A program made the translations under genes and the position numbers. The notes below the pieces were generated by a model. That model saw only the letters and a program-made list of their open reading frames with translations, made no database searches and was not told the DNA's origin. From Euglena gracilis (Eukaryota), in NCBI GenBank assembly GCA_039621445.1, contig CP154954.1:46727847-46791846 (forward strand): a stretch of 64,000 nt of DNA. The letters run 5' to 3'. The first letter of the stretch is position 1. Each line of letters opens with the position of its first letter. Positions 1 to 13,439 of the stretch are shown here, piece by piece.

Positions 1-2924
1 ACCCGCGCCGGCCCGGGAAACTGTCCTCTGGGCCTGTCTGTGGTGGAATTCCCTGAAAAGCGGTCATTTTCAGGCGTTGGGAGGTTGGGCCGCCGCCCGG
101 CCAGCTGGAGCCCGTCCGCCCCCTCCTCGACCTCCTCGTCCAGCCCGTCCTGCCCGGACACACTGAACGGCGGGGGCGGGGGCGCCGTCGGCAACTCCAC
201 CGGCGGGGTCGGGACGGCGCGGACCGATGGGACACCGGCCCCCAGTGTGGAGGCCCCCCCCCCCTGGCGTGCCCAGGGTATGAAGTGAGCGGGGAGAGAG
301 GGGGCGACCCTCCCTCCCCCTAGAAGGCCGCCCACTTAATACCCTGGGTGTGCCAGTGGGACGGTTCCACTGCGAACCCTCCCGTGGGGCCACCCCGTGG
401 TGGTGACATGGTGTCACACAGTGTCCGGATGAATGCCCCCAAACCTGACACTCGACATCTCTGCTGCTCGCCATATTTGTTAAGTTAGACAATCGATGGA
501 TGTGCACATTGCAACAGCTTTTTCACAACTGCATTGCAGATAAAGAAACTGTGGATATTCTTATGAAGCACAAAAGACGAGCGCTGACACAGAGAAATGA
601 TTTCGTTCTTTATTTCTATTGGTCTTTTTTGCTTCATGGGTGATTACTGAGGATGCAAAATCAAGCTGATGCAATATGGTATTTATCTGCCTGTTCTCAG
701 ATCGAATAATTCATATGAATATTAAGTTCCAATTTGCCGCCAGCTGTGCCAGTCGGTGTTGTTGTTCAATCACACTCAAGACTGCGAGCCGAGACTGGAT
801 GCAAGACATGACGGTCCCCACAAACCCGTCAGCGCCACACGGCCCAGAGAGAAACAAACATCCACATCCTGGACCCAGCCCCCTCCTCCCGACCTCCGCG
901 CCGGCCTGGGTGGCCGCTGCAATAGTTCCCGGCGCAGCAGCCGGGAGGGGTAGATTACGGCCACCTTCTTGCTGCGCCCCCTCACCACGGCGAGGTCCGG
1001 CATGCCGAGCAGGACGTCCCACCAGCTGGTGCCCAGGTAGGTCTTCAGCAGCTTGACACCCCGCCTGCGGGCACCCCCTGGCTGACCTCTGGGCCCCCGC
1101 CCGGTCGCTGTCCCCCGGGGGTGGGTCACCGCGGGAAGTGGCAAACGCGGGAGGGGCGCCTGTACACAGCCGAAGGTGCGCTGATAGATCCCCCCAGTAT
1201 GCCCTCTGCCTGCAAGTGATCGACCAGGACTCACACGGCGGGACCTGGGTCTCGAACCCACGACCTCCCGCCTGTGAGGCCAACACCTTAGCCGAATAAG
1301 CTACCCGCGCGATACTCGCTTTGGTGTTATGCACCTACCACTGTAGTGCGTTGTAGGCTCTCCCGTCTGCCGCACACGGCGCCGCAGTCCACTGTGACTG
1401 GCTGCAGCGCCACCGCCCATGATCCCACCTCCCGCAACAACCTCAGCCCGGTCCTCCGCACACACACGGGTGCCCTGCTCTTCCTTGGGTTGAGGCAATT
1501 TTCTTCCGACCAAATTTGCTTGCATGACGGGAGACCAGCCATAGCCATTTTTTTGTGCCGGTGGATTGTCGAGCCATAGGCGGTGGTGCGCCGGAAGCTG
1601 GCCAACATGGGTGGGCAGAGCCTGCTTTCGAACATTGTCACATTACCACATACTCACATACCAGCCCCCCCCCACACCTTTTCCATGCTGAGAATTGAGG
1701 AAGGCAAAGACCAAAACCTGCATCAATGTAAAGAACATCACCCTGGAGGCAGGTCAGCGCCATAAACTTGGTGACCCTGGGGGAGAGGTTTGGGTACTTT
1801 TCCCCTAGGCCAAAACCCACCCAGGGGGGCTCGTGGGCTTGTGGGTGGGTCACCAATCCCCTCAGCCAGCCCAAAACCACTGGAAATCCACCAAAAATCC
1901 TTAAACTCTTTCTGCCCAACCCGGCCCTGGCCAGGTTGGGCACACCTGGCCAGGGCCGGGGATGAAATAACTTAAGGTTTTTTGGCTGATTTCTGGGCAT
2001 CCCGGGGGGTGGTGGGTTCCACTGGTCCCAAGCCACCCACCAACCAACCAACCCTTGTCATTGACACGCCAATGTTCCAGGAAAGTGCCGTTGACACAGG
2101 GGGGGTGTCAAAGACACGCTGTGTCAAAGACAGGGGGGCAGGTGCTCTCTAAACCCCCTCAGCACCTTCAAGAGTAACCCCCCAAAATAGACTCGGGGGG
2201 GGGGCTATTTTTCTGGTCTGTTGGTGGAAACCTTAAGGGTCTTTTTTGACCTTTTTCTGGGAAACCGTCGATTCTTGGGGTCCCAAAAACATGGAAAATC
2301 CTTTATTTTGCATGATTTTTGGGTCTCAAAAAAAACGTCAAATATCAGCAATTGTTGTGCCTTAAATTGGGGTTTTCAATAATTTTAAGACAAGTGTTTT
2401 ATGGAGCTTTGTGTGGTCTGGGGGGCCTTAACCCAATTTTTGGATTTTTCTCATTCAGCCCGGGGGTGTCTTGTTTGGGGGGGGAACTCTGGTTGCGCTC
2501 CAGTTGTTCGTGGTATGCGGGGGAGGGGATGCGGGGTGGGTAAATCCTGGGGCCCCCAGCCCGGGGGTGGGCGGTGTACAGCCCGGACATGATGCCGAAC
2601 CGGATCAGCCGGATTCCGTCCGGGTTCGCCACGATGCAGTCCCGCATGATCTGGCGCAGCTCCAGGAACCGCGGCTGCAGGCGGGGCCGCTGGCCGGGCT
2701 TGAGGGTGCTGCGGCCCGGCCGCCTCAGGAGCTCCTTCCGGAACACCGCCCAGTGGGGCACCAGGGGGATGGGCCAGCACCTGGCAGTCTGGGGGCCGAG
2801 AAATGAAACAGGCAGGTGGAGAGAGGGGCTGGCCACAATGAAGCAGCATCTCAATGTCATGATGTATCAATACATAAAACACACACACATGTCATGATAT
2901 TGCATTGATGTACCTGTGTCTAAA

Positions 2925-2975
<51 letters not shown>

Positions 2976-2997
2976 CATACATATATATGTATGTGTG

Positions 2998-3033
<36 letters not shown>

Positions 3034-4265
3034 ATATATATACCACCCCCCAAATAACCTTGGACCTCCCAGGGGCCGCCTCTGGCCCTCGGGGGATGCT
3101 GCGGCATCGGCAGGATGGAGCTGCCTTGCAGATTTTCGAAGAGGTGGGCCGGGAAGAAGGTGGGCCCACGGCGAGGCGCTTCCTGAATTTGTCCGCCCCG
3201 CAGTTCACCCCCGCTGTGAAAAAGCTCAACCCGCATCTTGTGCAAGGCACACTGCAGTGCACAACAGCTAACCTCAAAATAACACCATCCCAGCACGGCA
3301 CACATTTTGTTAGGTCTTCAGAGTGGAAATGTCCCCTCCCCAACTGGTGGTAGGAAAAATTGGATGCTGCCTGCATGTGGAATACAGGTCCACATGTGGA
3401 CTACAGGTGCACTGGAAATGGCCAAATCCCCCCCCCCCCCCCCCCCCCAATCCCCCCCCCCCCACCCCCCCCCCTATTTAGCAGGTCACTTCGCTAGTTT
3501 TGTCCCCTAGAGAACTAGAGCAAATATAATTGCAGTCCTAGGTCAACCGTCGCAGTTCCTTAGTTTCTTTTTTTTGCTTATTTAATGTCATTCAAAAAAT
3601 AAAATCTGGACTGTCACTTTCACACTATGCTAAGCTCCAAAAATTGTAAGACGTCAAAAAAATGACAATGCAAAAAAACGGTGAAATCCACCACATAGAA
3701 CAAGATGGCGTGCGACCAATGAGCGCAAAATCCCACACCCTCCATTCCAGGAGTTCTGAGTTGCGACAGACAGCGGCCGGTGGAAAGAAAACCGATGGCT
3801 GGCTGCCCCCACCCCTCCGTGCTCGATCGCCTTCCCCTTGAGAACCGCCTCGGCCCCCTGAACAGCCCCACGTCCGACAGCTCGAAGTCCCGCAATACCT
3901 CGTCCGGGATGCGGAGCCGCCCCCTCGGGACGAACTCCAGCGGGAACGCCGCCGCCGGGCCGGCCTCCAGGGGTCAGGGGCCGGGCGCCGAGTCAAACCA
4001 TTGCACGCCGGGCTGCTTTGTAAAACCCTCTCGCAGGGGGGAAAGAAACGGACTCCCCGAGTTCGCAACCCTGCAAAGAAAAAACACGGGGTCACATCAG
4101 TGAAATGCACCATCCATTTCCAATGCCAGTGCAACGTCAAATGTCAATGCCAAATTAAATAATTCAATTCAATCAATTCAAATTCAATAATTCAACTATG
4201 GTGTGGCAGGGTCAAATATTAATGGTGTGTGTGTGTGTGTATGTGCGCGTGTGCGCGCGCATGTC

Positions 4266-4323
<58 letters not shown>

Positions 4324-7300
4324 TGTGTGTGTGTGTGTGTGTGTGTGGCCACCATGTGTCTCAACAAACTTGGGGAGGGTATGCACAGAGGGGGGGTTTG
4401 CGCAGGGGTGGATGGTACGATCAGCTGGGCCCCTTGCCACCTCACCTGTGTGTCAATCTCTTGGTAGGAGGAGATCCTGACTCATTTTTGTGTTGGCGGT
4501 ACAAAAAAATTGTTCTGCACCGCCAAAAAAAATTGCTTCAGGCAAGCCAAGTTAGGGCAGAGGGGACAGCCACAACGCCTCCTTCGCAAAGGCAAAATGC
4601 AACGCTTTCCCGGCAACAGCGGCTCGCGGCGACCCACCGCCGGCCCCAACCCTGGTGGGGGGGGGAGGCCGGCCCGGGCGGGGCGAACACCCAGTTGGAG
4701 GGCAGCAGCGACTTCCGCTTGTCCTTGATGACGATGAGGTCCGGCATCGAGAAGAGCAGTGCCCAGACCGACTGCCCGCTGAGGCGGCCCCCCGGTCGCC
4801 CAGGGCCGCCTTGCCGGCTTGCACGGCCACCGGAGAAGTGTCGAAAGCGTTGGGGGGCCGATGCCAGGAAACTGGGGGACAACAACATCGAAACCGCCTT
4901 TCCATCCCTGGAACCCACCAACCAGGCGCCAGGACCTAAAACCCCTTTGCTGTTGGAATGTGCATGAACTTATGAGTGAGAGGAAACCCCCTGCAGAGGG
5001 ATACCCAATCCCCCCCCCATGTCAATGTTTAACGTATTGGGTAACATTAAAACTGTGCTGTGCCAATGTTTGTCTCTTCTTTCTTTACCCCCCGTTCCAC
5101 GACCACTGATTTTCGCCTCCGACTGGGGGGGGAGGTCATTTTCAGGCACAGGATGTGGGGGTGTATGGCCATTTTCGGCCGTTTTTTTGACCATTTTGGG
5201 GGGCAACTTTTAGCCGTTTGCTGTAGCCTTGCACACTTTCAAAAACTTTAATCACTTTGGATAATTTGTAATCATTTTGGGGACTATTGGCCTTATTTGC
5301 GACTTTTTTTTGCAACCATTTTCTGGAGTTAATCCCAACAAATTACAAAGCTTTTCAGCAACGTGCAAATAATGCAAAAAAGGCGAAATTAAATCACAAA
5401 TCTCCTCAACCAACATCGTATACAAAAAAAATGCATGACTGGGGGTCGTTGGACAAGGGGGGAAAAACACAAGAAAAATTGCCAAATCCTCGCTGAACAT
5501 TTTTATGAATTGTGAATTTGTAAACAGGCTTCTCCTTGAAGAGATCCGCAAAAAGAAAAAACACGGGTATTTCAGCTGGCAAATTCCTTTTTTCTGTCAC
5601 ATGATCCAAACCATGCAGAAGCATGCTTTCGGCACATGATCAACAAAAACACAATGAAAAATACACACCGGCACTGTGACGGTGGCAGGTGTGCAAAGCC
5701 ACAGAAAAAGCATGTGGACACCCCCATGTCCAACTCCATCCCTGTCCCAAGATAATCACCACTGTCCAAAGGGGCCATTTCCATCTCTGGGAAAATGGGC
5801 AAAATACTCAAAAAAATGGGGAGCAGAAGCAGACAGGAGAAAAATGAGAAAATGGAGGAACAGGAATGTTGCAACAGGAAGCACATGCCAAAAACCTATG
5901 GGCATAAACCCTTGTTTTTCCATTCTTCTGAAAATCAGAAAAAGGAGGGGGAAATGGACATTTTGGGGACCGCGCAAAACATTCATTGGATGCAAAATCA
6001 CGTGAGAGCATTGAAAATCAGCTCAGGTGAAAAGGCTGTTGAGGGGAAGCAACCAAAAGCGTTCAGGTTCCTTTCCCTGCCAACAGGTTGACCGCCTCAG
6101 GCTGGAACCCCAGGCGCTGCATCCGGTTCCGCTGCACGCCTCCTCCAAACCTTCGAACGGCCGTAAGGGACCGGCCGGGGATGAGGCCTGCCCCGGGCAC
6201 CCGCTGATGCCCCTGGTGGACAGCCAGGAACGCACACATTATGCACGAGCAGGGTGGAGGGCACACAGAGAGGCCGCAATGGGGAAGAGCCACGTGCAAG
6301 CCCCAGCAGGGGCTTGCACGTTTTTTTTTTTAAGACGGCCCCCCCGGGGGGTCGGGGGACCCACTTTGGGGGGATTTTCGACACCGCGAAATGTGAACGC
6401 GGCAAAGCAAACGCGCCAATCAAAAAACTCATCGAAAATTGCTAACCCCCCCCCTAATAGAAGCATGGGTGTGCTTATAGAGGACCGCCGCCTCCGGCAG
6501 CGGGGGGTGCGCTTCTATTTGGACTCTACCTGCGCGGTTTTCGTTGATTTCCTTTAGAAATCCCATCAAAATGGGGGTGCACTTGTAGCGGGGGGTGCGC
6601 TTTTATTTGGACCCTGCGCTTGTAGCGGCCCCGTGATTCTATTAGGGGGGGGGGGGTTACAGCAATTGTCTGTTCAATGCGAACTGAGGGGTATACAATG
6701 GTCAATCAGACTCCGCCCACTTGCTTAGGCGGCGCGAATTGCCCAACCGATTTTTGCGTTTTTTGGCGTTTTTTGGCTGTTGTAAAAACACCTGAAAGGG
6801 TAAAAAGATTTGAGCTGAGAGGGGTGTGTGGCGGCTTTGGGCCAAAATTTAACAGAAGTGGTTTTGCGCGGTATTCCGCTTAGCCGATTTCCAATTGTGT
6901 GTGAGTTGTGTGAGTTGGAAGCATGCTTGTGCTTACCAACCGGGGGGGGAGGGGGGGTGGGTGCTATAGGGTGCCTGCCCCTAGCAGGCACATCCCCCCC
7001 GGGGGGGGATAGGGGTCCGGGCCGGACCCAGAAAATTTTCATTGAAAATGGCCGTTTCCGGGCCCCCGGCGCCTTCGGCGCCGGGGTCTGAGGGGGGTGC
7101 CTGCTAGGGGCAGGCACCCCCCGAAACCCTACCCCCCCCCGGGGGGGGTCGGATCGGGTGCTATGGGGTGCCTGCCCCTAGCACCCACCCCCCCCCCCGT
7201 GGGGTAGGCACCCGACTAAGCGCAAGCCTGGTTGGGAGTGTACTAGAACTGTTTGAAATGGCTGGAAAAACACCGACTTTGAACAGGTGTGACACGGGGC

Positions 7301-10300
7301 TGTGTGTCCATGGTTTACGTTAATAACAGTATTTGAGAGACGAGTGAACAATACAAGTGTGTGCGGATAACCGCGTAAAACGAAACAAGAGGTGACAGAC
7401 GACGGAGTTAAATGTTTAGGCGGTAATCCGCGCACAATGCACTTGTACGCGGACAACCGCGTACAAGTGCAAACAAAGAATGGTACGCGGATTACCGCGT
7501 ACAATAACACAAACAGTTGATGACTGGTGGGAGGGAATCCGCCTGGTATGTGTGTATACGTGTTGAGTGTAAAGCGACTGGGTGTAAGCGGGAATCCGTG
7601 TGGCCGGGTTAAGGGTGAGCAGAAAAAGCAAAGCATTTGTGGACGATGGGATGGGGGGGGGGAGATGGAAACCACCCTAGAAATGAAGTGTGCTGGTTTG
7701 TTGGCAAAGTTTTGCAACCCTACTTGTGACACCAGTCACAGGCGTGAACCTTTGCGAGTACACTGACGACAGACTTTGTTGCCAGGTCGCCAGGCAGTTT
7801 GCAACCGAATGGTGTCCGGAGTGTTGTGGTGAGTTTGAGGGGTGGAGGTTTATGGAAACCAGGGAGAGGAGATTGAACCAGCAGGGTTTGACCAACCGAG
7901 GAGAGACGACCAGCCCTTAAACTAGGGCACTCAGAGCAGGGGTGGTTTCCAAAAGGACCGGAGACACTTGTGTCGAGAGTGGTTAGGTGGATGGAAGCCA
8001 GATGCACCGGGTCAAACATCGACCCGGCGTTGGTTGAGAACGACCGCCTTCTGGTTTAACCCCCCTCCCACACGGCTTTTGACTGGTGAAGACCACCGTT
8101 GCCTCCTCCGGAGGCATGTTACCAACCCCGAAGGAAGAAGAGCCAGAAAAAAAGAGGTGGTTTGGGCATTTTGCCTGAAATTCAGCAAAAAAATGCAGCT
8201 TTTCAAAAGAAAAATGCTGTAACACTGTTTCAAAAAACAATTGAAAAGGCCTTGATTTTCTCAGAACCTGGAGGACTTCTTCCGAAAACCCCCCGAAATT
8301 GTTCGACTGCTGCCACCAACTGCTGAAACAGGAGTTTCTCCGTCCATATCTTGAATCACTTCTTCGTCAGCCTTCCCCAAACCCTGATTTTGGGCCACCA
8401 AGACCGTTGGGTTCCAGGAGGAGGGCTCTGGGAGGTGCTTTTGTTCCTCCTGAGAAATCAACCTCAGTTTTTTGGCCGTTTTTCGGGACAGTAACAAAAT
8501 ATCTTCTCTACCGCAGCTCACCCGGCCTGGCAACTGACACGTGCGTTCCACTGCTGTCCCTGCAGCCACCCCTTCAGCACTAGCCAGGGGGAACATTACT
8601 ACGTCCGAATTGCAGAGGAGGGTGTCCACCTCCTGCTCAAATGCCAGGCGGGTTTCCGCCTGCTCGGTTGCTTGCTGTCACGGTGCAGCAGCTACAGCTC
8701 CCTTTCAACCTGTCCCGACCAACTGTCAAAAACGACGTCGCCACACGTCACCACTGACACCGACACTTTGGGACACCAAAACATCACAAAACACAACCCA
8801 TCAGGACAGCAACAAGCTCCACGCGGGTTTCCGCCCAAACCTCATCTGTGCGGAAACCCGCGCAAACTAAAAACAAGTAGGCGGATAACCGCGCACTTGC
8901 ATCGTTCAATAACGACCCAAAATCCCCTCCCTCTCCCCCAAACCTGTTCATTAACAACTTCACGTGATGACCCACTTCTGGAGGTTTCAGCGCGTTCCCA
9001 CTTCCCGCTCCCACGTACCATCCACAAACACGAACTGTTCTCTTTCTCAAACCCTTCTGCGCGGGTTTCCGCCTGAGGAATCATCACTTCTGTACGCGGT
9101 AAACCGTGTGACCTCGTTTTTAACGTTATTCCCAGTCCAATCCCCTCCGTTAGGCCAGCATCTCTTCATCACAAAAACTCATTTTGCGCGGTTTACCGCT
9201 TAAAACATCTCTTCCAAGAAATTGTAGCATCTGTTGGGCAGTGCTGTGTGTTCACCTCCCCCGTCACTGGACGTCGGCACTCACGAGAGGTTCAAAAATG
9301 CGCGGGTTGCTTAAGCGGTTGCCTCTTCTTCACCTGCCACACTGTGTCACCCCCCCTCCACAGGGGGTCCGACAGCAACGCCAAACAACCCGGGCTCCGG
9401 TGGCCAGGTGTTCTCCGGCTGTTTTCAGTTTTTCAAAATTTCAAGTCGTTCCAAGGGGGTGTTTTCCAAAACCCCCCCTAAAACGACCATAAATTCTCAA
9501 TATCGCCACTTTGTCAAAATGCTTAAAATGGACCCTTAACAACCTAAATTTTCGTGCTGGTGCCATCCTCTCAAAATTTCGAGCACATAACAGTGAGTTT
9601 CGTAAACGGAAACCCGCGCACCCCAAGCGTGCAAAAAATCGCAAAAAATTTGGGCAATTCGCGCCGCCTAAGACTTGGACATTTTTGCTGTGACAAGAGG
9701 CGTGACAAAGAAATTGCAAAAGTTTCGGCGCCTTCGGTGCCGGTCAAAAAAAAAAATCCGACGCCTTCGGCGCCGGGCACCTACCAGCCAAAAAAGGTAC
9801 CCCCCCCCCCCCGGGGGGGACGGCCAGACCCACCCATCCTACCTGCCCCCGGGGTCCAAAGCTATAAAAAAAAATCCTGGCCCCCAAGCCAAGGATGACG
9901 CGCACGGGGGCAAAACACCACTTGGCCCCGATCTTGGCTTTCCTGCTTCAATTTCATGTTGTCTGGGTGTCCGGCTGATTCCTTGTTCTACCCCACGAAT
10001 GGTCTCTGCCCCTTTCCGGGCCATGACCCTGACTTGAGCACTGGTATGTGGAATGCCACTATTACCCTTCAGTGATGTCCACCTTTTTCGGCGCCAGGTG
10101 TCAAGGTTTGAATTATTTTCGAGGTGCTTCTCAATGCAACCATGGGCTGGAAATACAGGGGGAAAATAACGGGAAACAAAAAATACAACAAACCATCCCA
10201 ATTTCCCCACACACCCCTGTAATTTGTCCACTGAACCTTTCCTGGCCCTTTGGGAGAGCCAATCTTACCGGCAGGAGTAGCCAAAACTCACAGACAAAAA

Positions 10301-11745
10301 GACAGTTGTGAAATATTTTTTGGCGTTTATTTGTAATGAAAAATCACAAAAAAGCCCAGGAGAAGACCATTTCGACCATTCTTTGGAATTTCAAGCTGCC
10401 TTTTTACAAAAAAAAATGCATTACAAATGAGAAAAAATTATCCATTCCTTCCCCTGAAATAAAAACGATCATTCCCCTGAAACGTCGAAATTTTCTCCGG
10501 ACTTTCCCTTCCTGTGATTTTCATCTCTCGAATTTGGAACACAGTGCATCAATTTTCTGCAAATTTTTCAGGTGGTCAACATAGGGGGGAGGGGGTTTAT
10601 TGGGGGGGGGGGGGTTGACTCCGCAATGTTCTTCAGCCAATTGTGAGGGGGAAGAATAGGGCGCATGTTAATTGCTTTGATCTGTTCCTGAACCTGGGGT
10701 TTTCCCCTTGCGCCATGCAAGGCAGGAAACTCGCATGTTAGGAACGATCAACAAAGCCCTCTGTGACCTGCCCGCTGTTTAATAAGGAATTTTTCAATGT
10801 GCCAAGACAATAATTTCTGACACAAAAAAAGTAGCTTCTGGAAAACAGGGACGGGGGGATCTCTCAGCCAAGATAGGGTGACCCCTTGACAGCGTGCGAT
10901 TCCAGCCAAGGCCCGGCTACGCACGATCTTCAGCCGATTGCGAAGAAACGTTCGGTGTCAGGAGGAGCCACAAGCACACCCACCACCTCTTGGATGTGCA
11001 CCAACCGATCCACAATGCCGTCAATGCAGGGTTCAATATAAAGACAGGTGGGGGGTGGTCCGGACCCCCCCCCCCTGCGGGCCAGGAGGGGGGGTGGGGG
11101 GGGACACCCCCCCACCTAAACAGGTGCGCGGTCTGGGTGACCGAATTTCAGCCCGGCGCGAAGCGCCGGGCCGAAAAATTTTGACCCCCCAAAACGACCA
11201 AAAGTGTCATTTTGGGCACTTTTTGGGCAAAGATGTGCCAAAAAATGCAAAAAATTTTCGGCGCAAAGCGCCGGAGGAAAAAATTGACCCTTTTGGGGGG
11301 GGTCCCGGATACCCCCCCGAGGGTCGGTCCGGACCCCCTGACAGGTGGGGGGGGGGGTCCGGACCCCCCCCCCTGCGGGCCAGGAGGGGGGGGGGGTGGG
11401 GGGGACACCCCCCCACCTAAACCATGTACGCCCTCCTTATATCAAACCCTGCGTCAATGTCGTCAACGCACGCACCAGCCACCCGAGGGTATGAAAGCCC
11501 AGACACATTTGTTCGTCTGTCAACAGGGCCAACACCATGTGCAGGCATTTTGAGAAAACATGAAAAAGAAACGACCCTCGGACATAGAATTTGGTGTGTC
11601 TGAGAGAACGGTCCAGAGGAGTCGGAAGCGTGGCCGCAGCTGTGCGGAAGTCATTGTAGTCCTTCCACATCAGGGCGTCCCATTTGCTGCGGTCGACGTC
11701 CGGGGAATAGTTCGCCTTGCATGCCAGCAGCTTCTCATACTTCGG
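1..11745 (-). CDS. Host gene exon block A: LOTUS/OST-HTH-like repeat protein (exons about 11648-11745, 6097-6220, 4690-4780, 3857-3990, 3105-3167, 2570-2770, 870-1069, <270)
   Basis: GC-rich exons translate to YSPDVDRSKWDALMWKDYNDF, NRMQRLGFQPE, SVWALLFSMPDLIVIKDK, LRDFELSD, FLELRQIMRDCIVANPDGIRL and GTSWWDVLLGMPDLAVV. Each has a homologue, in the same order, in block B. The PDGI-x-L ... LL-x-MPDL pattern resembles LOTUS domains (inference). Confidence 0.6.
1237..1310 (-). pseudogene. tRNA-Val(CAC)-like pseudogene or tRNA-derived SINE head
   Basis: Minus strand GCGCGGGTAGCTTATTCGGCTAAGGTGTTGGCCTCACAGGCGGGAGGTCGTGGGTTCGAGACCCAGGTCCCGCC has A-box and B-box (GGTTCGA) motifs and a CTCACAG loop, but mismatched acceptor and anticodon stems. 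Confidence 0.6.
2929..3042. repeat. (CA)n/(TA)n microsatellite
   Basis: Read directly from the sequence. Confidence 0.95.
4224..4346. repeat. (TG)n microsatellite
   Basis: Read directly from the sequence. Confidence 0.95.
6442..6662. mobile_element. About 210-bp MITE family, copy 1 (others at about 52745-52953 and 62943-63148)
   Basis: Ends TAAC(C)nTAATAGAA / TTCTATTA(G)nTTAC; shared interior GGGGTGCGCTTCTATTTGGACCC in all three copies. Confidence 0.75.
6724..9672 (+). mobile_element. Non-autonomous subfamily A element (2,949 bp), same TIR as the 13-kb element
   Basis: Same 23-bp TIR at both ends; TSD ACTTG (6719-6723, 9673-9677). About 170 bp at the left and 400 bp at the right resemble the ends of 17967-30942. 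Many GCGG-N4-CCGC motifs. Confidence 0.92.
6922..7230. mobile_element. hAT-like MITE nested in the 6724-9672 element
   Basis: TIR CATGCTTGTGCTTA / TAAGCGCAAGCCTG; 8-bp near-TSD GTTGGAAG / GTTGGGAG; internal GGGTGCCTGCCCCTAG repeats. Confidence 0.7.
11027..11451. mobile_element. hAT-like MITE
   Basis: TIR CAGGGTTCAATATAA / TTATATCAAACCCTG; exact 8-bp TSD CGTCAATG; internal GGTCCGGACCCC repeats. Confidence 0.85.
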
Positions 11746-12641
11746 GGAACTTCTTTCTGGGGAAGTGGACCTGTCGCCCAGTGAGGAGAAAGGCGGTGCC
11801 GACGACGGCTGAACATGCACTCGCCCTGAGGCCAAGCCGCCAAGAGAGAGGACTGATGGGGTTGTTTGACTGATGGGGTCTCCCAATTTCCTCCCGCGTG
11901 GAGGCACTGACAGACACAGATCCGGCAGCACTGGAGGGAAAATGAACGTTCAGCACCCCGCTCAGGAAAATGTCCTTATTCGGGTACACAAAAACCACAC
12001 CCAAACGAGAACGTTGGAGGGGTTAACAACAATTCTGGTACACCACTTCCTCTTCTCCTTCGTGAGCCAAATTGAAGAAAAAAAAATTCAAAAAAAGAAA
12101 TAGACGCTGGTGTTGGAGGGGTCCACTTTCCAGAGGGTCGAAGGACAGGCGGGTCCTCGTCCCACGGGATGGGATCCAGCCACGCAGGCTATGCCTCACT
12201 GTGTCGGGCGTCCCTCCTTGCTATCTGCGGCCCCACAGGCAGCGTATGCCTGTGACCCATCCATCCACGGACGCCACTGAGCCAGCACCTCTCAGGCCAC
12301 TCCCATCAGTGGTGGCCATCAGTGGTGGGTTGCTGCTTCGTGGGGCCACTCCACACCCCTCCCACGCCTTTTCTCAAGGGACGACGTTTGGGCTTTTACG
12401 GCTTTCATGGTTTTTTGGAACACAAGGTGCTTGCGGGGGGAGTGTGGGAGGGGCGGAAGGGCCTCCCTCCGGAGGCACCGCCTGGCCCAGGGGTCTCGTT
12501 TCCCCAGCCGGGCCGCTAACTCGGGGCCCCACTCTGGCTGCCACATGCCGGGGTCCTTGGCGCCAGGCCGACCACAGCGAGACAGGGAGAGCAGGGGAAG
12601 TGCCAGCACACACACGGACGTGCGAGTACACACACGCGCGT

Positions 12642-12672
<31 letters not shown>

Positions 12673-13439
12673 CACATGGAGCAGTATATTTCACATAGAA
12701 ATTCCCACGCGCGCGCACACACGGTGCATCATGTCTCACAAAGTACATATCACACACACACACACACACACGCACACACACACACACACACACTGCAGTA
12801 CCTCGCCCCTTGTCTTAGCATTGGAAAATATCGACAAGCATGGGGGGGGGTGCTAAATTTGTGATAAAGTCGACTGGGTGCGTGGACAGAGGGGGATAAT
12901 GACGCAAAAAAACAGATGGAGCTTCGGGTCAAGAACAATTTTCCTTAAATTTTTGGTGTCAACTGCTTGACTTGAAGGCATGTGGGCAAAAAAATCAACA
13001 ATATCAACCTTCGGATTTGCTGAATATTGTAATCATCAAGCACCGCTTTCTTAGACAACCCTAGTGCTTGGACAAAGGGGGTACATCACACATCGCACAT
13101 GCGTGCATACACAAATTTGAGCCATTTGGCGTGAATGGCGTCTGGCAACATACCACCATCCATCCAAGCCCGGGTTTCACAATGGACGGCAGGGGGGGCC
13201 TGGGTGTACACCTCTGCCGTCGTCTCTTCATACCAGCTGACGGGGTCGCCGATCTCAGGGCCTTCCTTATTCCAATTGGTTCCCTTCAGAAACAGTTTCT
13301 TCTCGGAAGGTTCAAACCAAACATTGCATTTATTAACCCTACCTAGCGCGCCTGTCTGCATCTATGGGGAGAAATGACAGAGGGGACTGACACCTCCCCC
13401 CAAGGGTGCTCCCCATTGACAAAAAAATTGGCACAAAGG

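Noticed and set aside
6719-6730. Reading the ends as a TA or TTA/TAA TSD (mariner or PIF/Harbinger)
   Set aside because: All four copies have a distinct exact 5-bp duplication outside CTTAG...CTAAG, so CTTAG belongs to the TIR.
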